Shown: in pieces, positions 52,612-64,000 of the stretch
Layout of the letters: each line of letters begins with the position of its first letter
Numbering within the stretch: the stretch's first letter is position 1
Assembly (NCBI GenBank): GCA_965223735.1
Contig: OZ245010.1
Coordinates: forward strand, 42,018-106,017
Length of the DNA: 64,000 bases
Direction: 5' to 3'
Source of the DNA: Candidatus Oxydemutatoraceae bacterium
GTDB taxonomy: Bacteria > Pseudomonadota > Gammaproteobacteria > Poriferisulfidales > Oxydemutatoraceae
Position numbers and translations under genes: made by a program
Notes under the pieces: generated by a model
What the model was told of the DNA's origin: nothing
The model's input: only the letters and a program-made list of their open reading frames with translations
Databases searched by the model: none

Positions 52612-53828
52612 ACGACGGGGCCTTGCAGGTAGCTGCGCGGGGGCGCGTGTCGCTGAGCGGGTTTCCGCTTTCCGCCGCCGGATTTGTCGAGTGCGTGTTG
52701 TCGCAGGCGGTGCGCACCGGCGCGAGCGACATTCATATTGAGCGCTGCCGCACCTTCGCGCGGTTGCGTTATCGTCTCGACGGTATGCTGGTTCGCGTTG
52801 AAAGCGGCACGTTTTTGTTCGACGAATACTCAGCCGTGGTGACGCGCATCCGGATACTGGCATCGCTGGACATCGCCGAACGGCGGTTGCCTCAGGACGG
52901 CAGGTTCTCCTACGCCTGCGAGCACGGGACAGTGGACGTGCGCGTGTCGGTGCTGCAAGCGGTGTCGGGAGAGCGGATCGTACTGCGGATTCTCGGTGCC
53001 GGGCCAGGGAGCACTGATTTTGCGGCGCTTGGCATGGCGCGGCGCGAAGTGGCCGCGTGCGAGCAGGCGGTACGTGCAAGCCAGGGCATGGTGCTTGTGA
53101 CCGGGCCGACGGGCAGCGGCAAAACGACCACCCTGTACACGATCCTGAACCGCATCAACACCGAGGAGATCAACATCCTCGCGGTGGAGGATCCAGTCGA
53201 GCGCCGACTCGACGGCGTCGGTCAGGTGCAGGTGTGTGAACAGGTGGGGCTCGGGTTTGCCGACGCATTGCGCGCCTTTCTGCGCCAGGACCCCGAAGTG
53301 ATCTTGGTCGGGGAAGTCAGGGACCGGGAGACCGCCGACATCGCATTCAAGGCGGCCCTGACCGGTCATCTTGTACTGAGCACTTTGCATACGAAGGACT
53401 CTGCGGCGACCGTCGCGAGGCTGATGAACATCGGTCTGTCCTCCCATCTGATCGGCGGTGCGTTGAGCCTGATTGTCGCGCAAAGGCTGGTGCGCGTTAT
53501 CTGCCCCGGATGCAAGGTTGAAGACGCTGCAGCCGCTGACCTGCTGAAGTCGATGGGATTTGAGGACGACGAACTGGTGCAGGCGCGGTTGTTCCGCGGC
53601 GGCGAGTGTGCGGATTGCGCGTGGACCGGATACCGCGGGCGACGCGGCATTTTTGAAGTGCTCAAAGTTGATCAGGCGGTGCGCGACGCGATCCGGCTTG
53701 AAGCGCCGGCCGATGAGATCGCGCGGCTGCTCGTTGCGCAGGGCGGAACAAGTCTGGCATACGCCCGTCGCCGACTGTTGCTTACGGGCGCGATCGGTCT
53801 CGCCGAGTATCAGCGCATTCTGCTGTAG
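52608..53828 (+). CDS. pilB: PilB/GspE-family extension ATPase lacking the N-terminal domain
   Basis: ASDIHIE, LDIAERRLPQDG, GPTGSGKTTT, LRQDP, CPGC..CADC. Confidence 0.85.
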   Translation: MNDGALQVAARGRVSLSGFPLSAAGFVECVLSQAVRTGASDIHIERCRTFARLRYRLDGMLVRVESGTFLFDEYSAVVTRIRILASLDIAERRLPQDGRFSYACEHGTVDVRVSVLQAVSGERIVLRILGAGPGSTDFAALGMARREVAACEQAVRASQGMVLVTGPTGSGKTTTLYTILNRINTEEINILAVEDPVERRLDGVGQVQVCEQVGLGFADALRAFLRQDPEVILVGEVRDRETADIAFKAALTGHLVLSTLHTKDSAATVARLMNIGLSSHLIGGALSLIVAQRLVRVICPGCKVEDAAAADLLKSMGFEDDELVQARLFRGGECADCAWTGYRGRRGIFEVLKVDQAVRDAIRLEAPADEIARLLVAQGGTSLAYARRRLLLTGAIGLAEYQRILL

Positions 53829-53869
53829 GCGCTGCTATACTACCAAGAACAGGGGAGCCTAGATCAGCG

Positions 53870-54257
53870 ATGCCATCTTTGAACACCAGCAAGGTTGCCT
53901 TGCGGGGTGTGATGCAAGGCCATCCGAGATATGGCAGGGGAGTTTTTCCAGGTGATGGCGGTTCATACGCCGGCTCACATGGTTCTCAGCGCCGCTTCGT
54001 CGATCATTCAGCGAAAGAAAGAAGGTGTAAATGCGACGGCTCGCGTCAACGGCGTTGAGTCGGCGTGGGTGATTTTGCAACACGGGTATGACGGCGTTTG
54101 TCAACGGATGAGCGCCAAATACTTGCGCCGTTATATGGATGCGTTCTTGTTTTGCCTGAAAGGCGGCGACGCAGAACGTGACGTGGCAGGTCGGACGGGT
54201 TCATTATGCGACCGCCTCCGCGGCAGGCGTAGCGTGCGGCCGATGGCGGGGCGATGA
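53870..54257 (+). mobile_element. IS1595-family DDE transposase C-terminal remnant
   Basis: VDHSAKE then (frameshift) VNGVESAW..L..GY.G....MSAKYLRRYM..F, matching the IS1595 VNHS..HTN.IES.W..LKR..G.YH..S.KHL.RY signature. Confidence 0.78.
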
Positions 54258-55183
54258 GCCGCAAGCGCGCACAAGGGCAGTTCTATACAAGGGGCAACCC
54301 GTTTGACCTGCCGCCGTTCCTCAAATGGGCGGATCAAGCCGGATTGCCCGGCAAGTGCGTGCTGGAGCCGTTTGCCGGGGCGAACAATATCATCAGGACT
54401 CTTCAAAAAGCAGGAATATGTGATGCCTTCAAATCTTACGATCTGACTCCTGCGGACAGGGAAGTAAAGGCGCGCGATACTATAGCGAGATTTCCCGAAG
54501 GCTTTGACGTGTGTGTTACCAATCCGCCGTGGCTGGCCCGCAATTCAGCGACGCGGCGGAGGTTGCCTTTCCCCGGCGTCTGTGCCGACGATTTGTATAA
54601 ACATTGTTTGGAACTTTGCCTGAACCATTGCGGCTACGTGGCGGCGCTGGTGCCCGCAAGTTATCTTCAAAGCGGATTGTTCCGCGACAGGTTACAGACG
54701 TACATCCTGCTGCACGATACGATTTTCAGCGACACTGAAAACCCCGTCTGCCTCTCTTTGTTCGGGAATAAGCCGACCGGGCGGGTGAATATCTACTACG
54801 ACGGTGATGACATCGGAACGCTTGCGTCTTTACTGAAGAAGCTGCCGACGCCGAAGCGGGACAAGCGGGTGAGGTTTAACGACCCCAAAGGCGGTTTGGG
54901 GTTCATTTCATTCGACAACACGAGAGAGCCGTCCATTCGCTTTTGTCACGCGGTTGAGATAAGGGACTATACGATCAAGGTTTCATCGCGCTTCATTACC
55001 CGCATCAGCGGAGATTTTGGAGCCTCAACAAGACTGATCGGAAAATTAAACCGCGCGATCAAAACGTTCAGGCACGATACGCAGGATGTCTTCCTGACGC
55101 CGTTCAAAGGCATCAGGGATGACGGCCGGTATCGCCGTCGCATGGAGTACATGCTGGCGAGGAGGTTTATCAATGCCGCTTGA
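54254..55183 (+). CDS. Putative N6-adenine DNA methyltransferase
   Basis: GQFYT, LEPFAGAN (motif I), VTNPPW (motif IV), DLYK. Confidence 0.75.
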   Translation: MSRKRAQGQFYTRGNPFDLPPFLKWADQAGLPGKCVLEPFAGANNIIRTLQKAGICDAFKSYDLTPADREVKARDTIARFPEGFDVCVTNPPWLARNSATRRRLPFPGVCADDLYKHCLELCLNHCGYVAALVPASYLQSGLFRDRLQTYILLHDTIFSDTENPVCLSLFGNKPTGRVNIYYDGDDIGTLASLLKKLPTPKRDKRVRFNDPKGGLGFISFDNTREPSIRFCHAVEIRDYTIKVSSRFITRISGDFGASTRLIGKLNRAIKTFRHDTQDVFLTPFKGIRDDGRYRRRMEYMLARRFINAA

Positions 55184-55835
55184 TTACGAGGGATTGTATA
55201 GAGAGGAATACCGGCGCAATGTTCGGGATGTGCGCCGTGCCGTGCGCGATCGCAGGTTGGATGAAAAGATAGATAATTTTTGTGATCTGCACGGTTTCCA
55301 GCGGGATGACGTTATCGAGCAGATAAATCATAATAATGTGGTTGCCGCCTGTTTTGCCGTGAATCCCAACAGGCAGAATATTTACGAGAACATTGCGGCG
55401 CGTTTTATCAAAGATATAGATGGGGTGAGCGAGTTCGAGATGTTGCCTACCGATCGATTAGTTGTTGTCGATGGTGCGTTGATTAAAAAGAATGATTTGA
55501 GAAGAGCAGGCGGGCAGGCCAAGGCAAAAACGGTGGATTTCAAGTGGCAATACGCAGGGTTGGCATTTTACGCTTCGCATAAATACACAAAGGAGACGGG
55601 CGGCTCGCAAGATAACCAATATAAGGATTTGCAATTCTTCATTGCGCAATGCAATCCGACAATATTACAGAATACTCACTTCATCGCCATTGCTGACGGC
55701 GCATATTATCAGGGCAGGGACGGGCAGGCAGGAGTTTCGAGGATTGACCGGCTCAAGCAGCTGGCATCCGGCGATAAAGTTCATGCCTGCACCATCTGCG
55801 ATCTTGAGGCTTTGATGCAGGAGATAGCAAGATGA
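55173..55835 (+). CDS. Putative PD-(D/E)XK restriction endonuclease
   Basis: KTVDFKW..HKYTKETGGSQDNQ..D, IADG; GGAGG RBS; coupled to flanking MTases. Confidence 0.55.
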   Translation: MPLDYEGLYREEYRRNVRDVRRAVRDRRLDEKIDNFCDLHGFQRDDVIEQINHNNVVAACFAVNPNRQNIYENIAARFIKDIDGVSEFEMLPTDRLVVVDGALIKKNDLRRAGGQAKAKTVDFKWQYAGLAFYASHKYTKETGGSQDNQYKDLQFFIAQCNPTILQNTHFIAIADGAYYQGRDGQAGVSRIDRLKQLASGDKVHACTICDLEALMQEIAR

Positions 55836-56464
55836 GGCGCGCAAACGGAAATCTGTTTAATGGGGCGGGGGGCGCACTGGCAGATCATCGGGTGAGTCGC
55901 GTGGACAACTTTCCTGCATACGGGAAATACTCCTGCATTGTCATTGATCCCCCGTGGAATCAAGGCAAAACCGGCAAACGCGGCGTCCGTCCGGCGCAAG
56001 GCGTTTCGTTGGACTACCCCACCATGCGCTTTGAGGAGATCAAGCGTTTACCGGTAGGCGAATGGGCAAAGCGCAACTCCTTCTTATGGCTTTGGGCGAC
56101 CAACAGTAAAGACAGGGCCTTGAAGCGCCCGATATTAAGCATGGCCTTTGAGTTGATGGAGCACTGGGGGTTCACTTTTCACACAATGATCACTTGGGAT
56201 AAAAAAACTGGCCCGTGCCCGTTCGGGCCCTATCAGGTAGTAAGTGAGCACGTACTGTTCGGCTGGCGCGGCAAAGCGAAATTCAAGCGTGAGCAGCTGG
56301 GTAAAATGAAAACGGTTTTTCAGGAATCTTCCGTGGGGCACAGTATCAAACCGGCGTCTTTCTATGATCATGTTCGGAGTGCTTTTAACGGGCCTAGGCT
56401 GGACGTGTTTGCTCGCCGCAAGCATCGGGGGTTTGAAGGTTGGGGAGATGAATATTCAGGATAA
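55832..56464 (+). CDS. MT-A70-family adenine methyltransferase
   Basis: IVIDPPW, YPTM, LWLWAT, WGF, TWDK, HSIKP, LDVFAR, WGDE. Confidence 0.88.
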   Translation: MRRANGNLFNGAGGALADHRVSRVDNFPAYGKYSCIVIDPPWNQGKTGKRGVRPAQGVSLDYPTMRFEEIKRLPVGEWAKRNSFLWLWATNSKDRALKRPILSMAFELMEHWGFTFHTMITWDKKTGPCPFGPYQVVSEHVLFGWRGKAKFKREQLGKMKTVFQESSVGHSIKPASFYDHVRSAFNGPRLDVFARRKHRGFEGWGDEYSG

Positions 56465-57255
56465 GACAGAAGTGCATCAAGAAACCACGCCAAAGAAACG
56501 TGCCAACTTGTTGTCCGGTGCAGACTGGCTGAAACGCTCTTTCAGTATTTGGCGTGCCTTCGACAAAAACAGCGAAGAACGCCGGCTGGAACACCCGGCA
56601 ATGTTTACTTCTAACCTGGTGGACCGTCTTTTGAGCGTTTACACCTGCGGAAACGGCGTACTGTTCGACCCTTTTGCTGGCAGCGGAACGGCGCTTTTAT
56701 CTGCTCTTGGGCACGGCATGGAGGCAATTGGTTGCGACATCAATCCCGATTACCGCGACCTTTTCGCTTTGCGAACAACCATGTTCGACAATGAACGCTG
56801 GCGCTACCATGTGGCCGACGCACGTTGTTTGGATGGTATCGTGTCGCCTGACTCTGTTGACATCTGTATCACGTCCCCTCCATATTGGGACATACTCAAT
56901 CGCCGACGAAGCGCGGACGGGAAAAAACAAGATCATATTCCGACGTAACGAATGACTTGGGCAACATCGCACGATACGATGAGTTTCTGGAATCTTTAAG
57001 CGGGGTTTTTGCCGAAGTTCGTACAGTCTTGAAACCAGATGCCCGTTTATTCTGAATGTAATGGATTTGCGTAAAGGGCCATAGTTTTACCCTCTTCACA
57101 TGGATGTCACTGAAGCTGCGCGAGAAAGTGGGTTTGAACTTCAAGATATTATTATTTGGGATCGCCAAAGCGAGTACAACAATCTGCGTCCTCTGGGTTA
57201 TCCGTATAAATTCATTGTGAATAAGGTTCATGAGTACCTGTTGGTGTTCCGATGA
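56448..57255 (+). pseudogene. Amino-DNA methyltransferase, decayed
   Basis: HPAMF, FDPFAGSGT, TSPPYW; frameshifts near 56925 and 57045, TAG at 57082; ends HEYLLVFR. Confidence 0.8.
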
Positions 57256-58275
57256 AAAACGATCCGCTGTTTTGGGAGTTGGTAGGCTATTTGAGTAACG
57301 GGATACGTCGCACCGATATTCATGCAGAAATGCATCCGAAGAAGGAGGCTGAATTCCGCAATGAGTATTTGGGATTGACTGGAGAGCGGCTTTCATGGCC
57401 CGGCGATTCTGAACCTTTTTATGTCTGGCCACCTGGCGCCAATAAGTACGGTGTACAACTGCGGGTATATTTTCAGGACAATGGAAATCCAACACCCCAA
57501 CTGCCTGAAAAAATCCGAGTTGTCTCCGGTCGGGCAAAAGGTAAGTTGCGAATTAATAGCGGCCCCTTTGTTCGCGTTTTATTTGAAGTCGGGTTCTTGT
57601 TGGGCAAAAAGGCGGACTATGCCGACACATGGCTTAGGGCACCTCGGAAATTTATCTCAGACTTTGGACGTGGTTTTAACATGCTGTCTCCATTGGAAGA
57701 GATGGAAAAACTTGTTCTTGAACATTGTGAGTCGCAAGGCAGCCGCACTGAAAAAGCATCAACGTTGGAGGGGTTATGGCAAAAGCACGGGTACAGAGCA
57801 CGCGATTTACTGAAGAGTCTTTGTGAAAATAGGCTTCTTGTCAGAAATGAAAGACATAAGTTCGTACACTCTTCGCCAAGTTGATTTGTTGTATAAAGAA
57901 ATAGAGAACAAAAAACTTCAACAAGCGATAAACGTGGAGGGAGACGCTGATAAGCGGGAGATTTTGGTGGAGGCATGGGTACGCGATCGCGGCTGGGCAA
58001 GACTGGCAAAACAAACTTTTGGCACTGATTGCATGATCGATGGATGTGGAAACACTTTCCTCAAACGGGACGGAACCTCTTATAATGAAGTTCACCATAT
58101 CAAGCCGCTATACGCTGGCGGCGAAGACGGTATTTGGAATTTAGCCGTGCTATGTGCCCATCATCATCGCATGGCGCATTTTGCCGATAACAAGGTTCGT
58201 AGAAGGTTGCGACGCGGCCTGCAAAATAAAAACGAAGCATTCTTGGCAGAATTGGAAACTCAGGACGCGCATTAA
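57252..58275 (+). pseudogene. HNH endonuclease with N-terminal domain, split near 57820 (or two overlapping genes)
   Basis: C-terminal C..GC..F....G..Y.EVHHI.PL..GG.D...N..VLC..HH; overlaps upstream ORF in another frame. Confidence 0.65.
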
Positions 58276-58679
58276 ATCGTTGCGTTCGCCTCGGACACAG
58301 TGAACTCAGGGCGATACGGATGGCTTATTTCACCGGTGAGGAACTCATTGATATGTCAGCCCGAAGCAGTAATGTCCTGTTTCTCCAGGGCGCATAAGTT
58401 CTAAATCAGAGGACACATAGCGGCATTTTCACTGCCCGCGAGGGTCGGGATGCGCCATGGCACAGGAGATCCGGGCTATGTCGCGCAAGGTGTAACCGGC
58501 TGGAGAAATACCAGTTCTGAACCCCCAAGGTGGTTACAGGTGCGGGTGCCGATGACACAGCAGGGGGGATTTGCAGCTCACTTTCTCTCAAAAATGAACT
58601 ACAAACTATCTTGTCGCTCAAAAGTGAGCCATAAACCAGGCAGCCGCACCTCAGGCGGCCCTTCCTGCACGCCCGAGAT

Positions 58680-59181
58680 GGTGTACATGCTGGTACCCCT
58701 GTTTCTGTGGAAACACGGACTCATTCAGGCACCCATGTTCTACATCAGCGCCTACTTCGAAGCCCGACGCGATGCCTACTACGAGCGGTTGCTGTCCGTG
58801 TCCCGCGACGACGACTGGACCGGCTGGTGCCGCTTCTTTCTCGAGGCGGTCAAGGCGCAGGCCGAGGAGAACTTGGCCAAGGCCCAAGGCATACTCGACC
58901 TGTACGACAAAATGAAGGACAGGATAGCGAAGATGACCCGCTCCCGATATACGATCCACGCTCTGGACTGGATATTCGAGCGGCCGATTTTCAGAAGCAC
59001 CGATTTTGCGGTTGCCGTGAACATTCCGAAGTCAACGGCAACGCGGATTCTGGACGTGTTGCACAAAGGCGGGATCCTGCGGGTAATCAGACCCGGGAGA
59101 GGCCGGCAAGCGGCCATGTTCATGTATCCGGCAATCCTGAACATCGTGGAAGGGAAGGAGGTTTCTGACGCTCCCCAATGA
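58680..59181 (+). pseudogene. Fic-family protein C-terminal fragment
   Basis: LVPLFL..G....PMFYISAYFE..R..YY..L..V....DW..W..FFL plus HTH tail; catalytic HPF.DGNGR region missing. Confidence 0.75.
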
Positions 59182-59248
59182 TACAGGAGATATTTTGCAT
59201 GCCGCTTGAACAAATCCGAGCTGTCGCCTGCCGGGTATGCTATGGCGC

Positions 59249-61398
<2,150 letters not shown>

Positions 61399-61472
61399 TG
61401 CCCGCGGGCGGGTTATATGCGATAATTCAGCCTGTTTTTCAACGGTCCCCCTGAACAACCCCGACCGAGGAC

Positions 61473-61799
61473 GTGATGGACGTGTTTATTTCTCCGGCGT
61501 GGGCGCAGAATGTGTCGCCGGGCGGCGGAATTGAATTGCTGGTGATGATCGGGATATTTTTCCTGATCATGTATTTCCTGCTGATCCGTCCGCAGCAGAA
61601 GCGCGCAAAGGAGCATAAGGAACTGGTGGCGTCTCTGGCGAAAGGCGATGAGGTTATCGTCTCCAACGGAATTCTCGGCAAAATTGCGGATATCCGCGAC
61701 AGCTTTATCGTCCTGGAAGTGCAGGACGGCGTTCGGATCAAAGTGCAGAAACAGTCGGTTTCTTCGGTGATGCCGAAGGGAACGTTCAAGGACGGCTGA
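61473..61799 (+). CDS. yajC: Preprotein translocase subunit YajC
   Basis: YFLLIRPQQKR, L.KGDEV. Confidence 0.95.
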   Translation: MMDVFISPAWAQNVSPGGGIELLVMIGIFFLIMYFLLIRPQQKRAKEHKELVASLAKGDEVIVSNGILGKIADIRDSFIVLEVQDGVRIKVQKQSVSSVMPKGTFKDG

Positions 61800-61819
61800 A
61801 CCGGCTTTTTGTACTTTCC

Positions 61820-63688
61820 ATGCCGAACCACTACCCACTCTGGAAGTATCTTCTGATCGTCGCGGTGCTGGTCGCCGCGGCGATTTACGCGTTGCCGAAT
61901 ATCTATTCGTCCGACCCGGCGGTGCAGATCTCGAGTGCCGACGGCACGGTGGACGAGCGTGTCCGTAACCGCCTGACGCGCCTGCTCGACGATACGGGTC
62001 TGTCTTACAAGGCGGTGGAGATCGAAGAGAGCGGCAACGTGCTCGTTCGCTTTGACCGGACCGAAACGCAACTGCGCGCAGTTGACGCGATTGAACGGGA
62101 TCTGGCGGGGCGCTACACGGTCGCGCTGAACCTCGCGTCGGCGACGCCCGAGTGGCTGGCGTCGCTGAACGCGCGGCCGATGAACCTGGGGCTTGACCTT
62201 CGGGGCGGCGTTTATTTCCTGCTGTCGGTGGATATCGAGGCGGTGTTTGAGAAGACCATGCGCGCCTATCTCGATGACTTTCGCGCCGGCTTCCGCGAGC
62301 GCAATATCCGTTATAACAAGCTTGCGGTGCAGGATGACGCGCTGTTACTGCGCTTCAGCGGCGACGCGCATCGGGGCAAGGCGCAGGATTATTTGCAGCA
62401 GAAGTTTCCAGGAGAACTGATAATCACCGAGACCGTACGCGAAGGCGACGCCGCCCTCAGGATGAAACTCGACGACCGGCATGTGAAGGAGATTATCGGA
62501 TACGCGGTGCAGCAGAATATTCTGACATTGCGCAAGCGGGTGGATGAACTCGGCGTGGCCGAACCGGTGGTGACGCGCCAGGGGCGGGATCGCATCTCGG
62601 TGCAATTGCCCGGCGTGCAGGACACCGCGCAGGCGAAGGAGATACTGGGTGCGACTGCGACCCTCGAATTTCGCATGGTGGCCGAAAGCGAAGACCCGGA
62701 GAAGGCGAGAAGAACCCGCCGCATCCCGCCGGGGACGCGCCTTTACAGCCACCGCGACGGCACGCCGGCGCTGCTCAAGCGCAGCGTGATGCTGACCGGC
62801 GACCGCATCATAGACGCGGCGTCGGGCATAGACGGTGAAAGGGGTGAGCCCGCCGTGTTCATTACGCTCGACGGCAAGGGGGCGCGCACTTTCGCCCGCG
62901 TGACCGCCGACAACGTCAAGCGCCTGATGGCAGTTGTGTTCATTGAGAACAAGACCGAAACCTACCGCGACGAAAGCGGCGAAATTCAAAAGCGCAGGCA
63001 GACCACCGAGGAGGTCATCAGCGTCGCCAGAATTCAGGAGCAGTTGAGCAAGCGTTTTCAGATCACCGGCCTCGACAGCACGCGCGAAGCGAGGCGTCTT
63101 GCGCTGCTGCTGCGCGCGGGCGCACTCGCCGCGCCGCTTGAGATCGTCGAGGAGAGGACGGTCGGCCCGAGCTTGGGGCGGGAAAATATCCGTCGCGGAA
63201 TGCGCTCGATCATCTTCGCATTTTTGCTGGTGGTGTTGTTCATGGGCGTCTATTACCGCGTGTTCGGCCTGCTCGCCGACTGCGCCCTGGCGTTGAACAT
63301 CGTATTGATTGTTGCCGTCGTCTCGCTGATCCCCGGTGCGACGCTGACATTGCCCGGTATCGTCGGCATCGTGTTGACCGTCGGTATGGCGGTGGACGCG
63401 AACGTCCTGATCTTTGAACGCATCCGTGAGGAATTGAGGGGGGGCGCCTCGGCGCAGGCGAGCATAGATTCGGGTTATCGCCGGGCGTTCTCGACCATCG
63501 CCGACGCTAATGTCACCACCCTGATCGCCGCACTCGTGCTGTTCGCATTCGGCACCGGGCCGATCAAGGGATTTGCCGTGACCCTGTCGGTCGGTATTCT
63601 GTGCTCGATGTTCACCGCGATCATGGGGACGCGGGCGGCGGCCAACCTGATCTACGGGCGCAGGAAAAGCGCCGTGCTGTCGATTTAG
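61820..63688 (+). CDS. secD: Protein translocase subunit SecD
   Basis: LGLDLRGG, ELGVAEP, GPSLG, GMAVDANVLIFER. Confidence 0.97.
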   Translation: MPNHYPLWKYLLIVAVLVAAAIYALPNIYSSDPAVQISSADGTVDERVRNRLTRLLDDTGLSYKAVEIEESGNVLVRFDRTETQLRAVDAIERDLAGRYTVALNLASATPEWLASLNARPMNLGLDLRGGVYFLLSVDIEAVFEKTMRAYLDDFRAGFRERNIRYNKLAVQDDALLLRFSGDAHRGKAQDYLQQKFPGELIITETVREGDAALRMKLDDRHVKEIIGYAVQQNILTLRKRVDELGVAEPVVTRQGRDRISVQLPGVQDTAQAKEILGATATLEFRMVAESEDPEKARRTRRIPPGTRLYSHRDGTPALLKRSVMLTGDRIIDAASGIDGERGEPAVFITLDGKGARTFARVTADNVKRLMAVVFIENKTETYRDESGEIQKRRQTTEEVISVARIQEQLSKRFQITGLDSTREARRLALLLRAGALAAPLEIVEERTVGPSLGRENIRRGMRSIIFAFLLVVLFMGVYYRVFGLLADCALALNIVLIVAVVSLIPGATLTLPGIVGIVLTVGMAVDANVLIFERIREELRGGASAQASIDSGYRRAFSTIADANVTTLIAALVLFAFGTGPIKGFAVTLSVGILCSMFTAIMGTRAAANLIYGRRKSAVLSI

Positions 63689-63709
63689 TTGCAGGCGCCT
63701 GAAAGTTCA

Positions 63710-64000
63710 ATGCAGTTGCTCGGCGACACCAATCTGGAATTTATAGGCAAGCGCAAGCTGGCGCTCGGTATTTCGCTGGCGCTGGTGCTGGTTTCGCTGG
63801 CTTCGCTCGCATTGCGCGGTTTGAATTTCGGGGTTGACTTCACCGGCGGGACGATCATAGAAGTCGGCTACCGTGAGGCAGTTGCGCTCGACGACGTGCG
63901 TGCGCGTCTCGCCGGGGCGGGCCTCGAGAAGGCGTCGGTGCAGCATTTCGGCGGCGTCAAGGACGTGCTGATCAGGGCGGCGCTCGACGAGAGCATCGCC
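63710..64000 (+). CDS. secF: Protein translocase subunit SecF (3'-truncated by window edge)
   Basis: GLNFGVDFTGG motif directly after secD. Confidence 0.93.
   Translation, partial: MQLLGDTNLEFIGKRKLALGISLALVLVSLASLALRGLNFGVDFTGGTIIEVGYREAVALDDVRARLAGAGLEKASVQHFGGVKDVLIRAALDESIA

Noticed and set aside
58576-58630. Inverted repeat GCTCACTTT..AAAGTGAGC before the Fic fragment
   Set aside because: Could be an IS end or operator, but it is a single short instance with no assignable family
47275-59230. Integrative element at the tRNA genes
   Set aside because: No integrase and no duplicated tRNA 3' end found

Overview
A GC-rich gammaproteobacterial chromosome segment, mostly housekeeping genes: rluD-pgeF-clpB-mazG, bifunctional sat-cysC, mgtE, a regulatory PTS cluster (hpf-ptsN-hprK-rapZ-EIIA-HPr-EI), kdsC-lptCAB, kdsD, yrbG, mlaC-murA-hisG-aroG-hisD-nif3, petABC-sspA, lpoA-yraN-gmhA, rsmI, metK-ahcY-rsmE, ispG, tRNA-Arg(CCT), tRNA-Leu(CAA), a type IV pilus-like cluster and queA-tgt-yajC-secD-secF. 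Two AT-richer defence islets are present. One (26.6-29.1 kb) is a fully decayed PaeR7I/XhoI-type R-M pair plus a UDG-like gene. The other (53.9-59.2 kb) has an IS1595 transposase remnant coupled to methyltransferase/nuclease genes. The most notable signal is a family of tnpB-only elements (6857-7511, 18078-19324, remnants near 42.3 kb and 43835). They are bounded by terminal inverted repeats starting GGGAATTATATAC and by near-perfect 8-bp target duplications. These are IS1595/ISNwi1-type DDE ends rather than IS200/IS605 hairpin ends, yet the elements keep an omegaRNA-like 3' fold that covaries between copies. The kdsC-lptCAB block is inverted, and rpoN is missing from its usual position. All calls come from reading the sequence and recognising motifs; no database searches were run.
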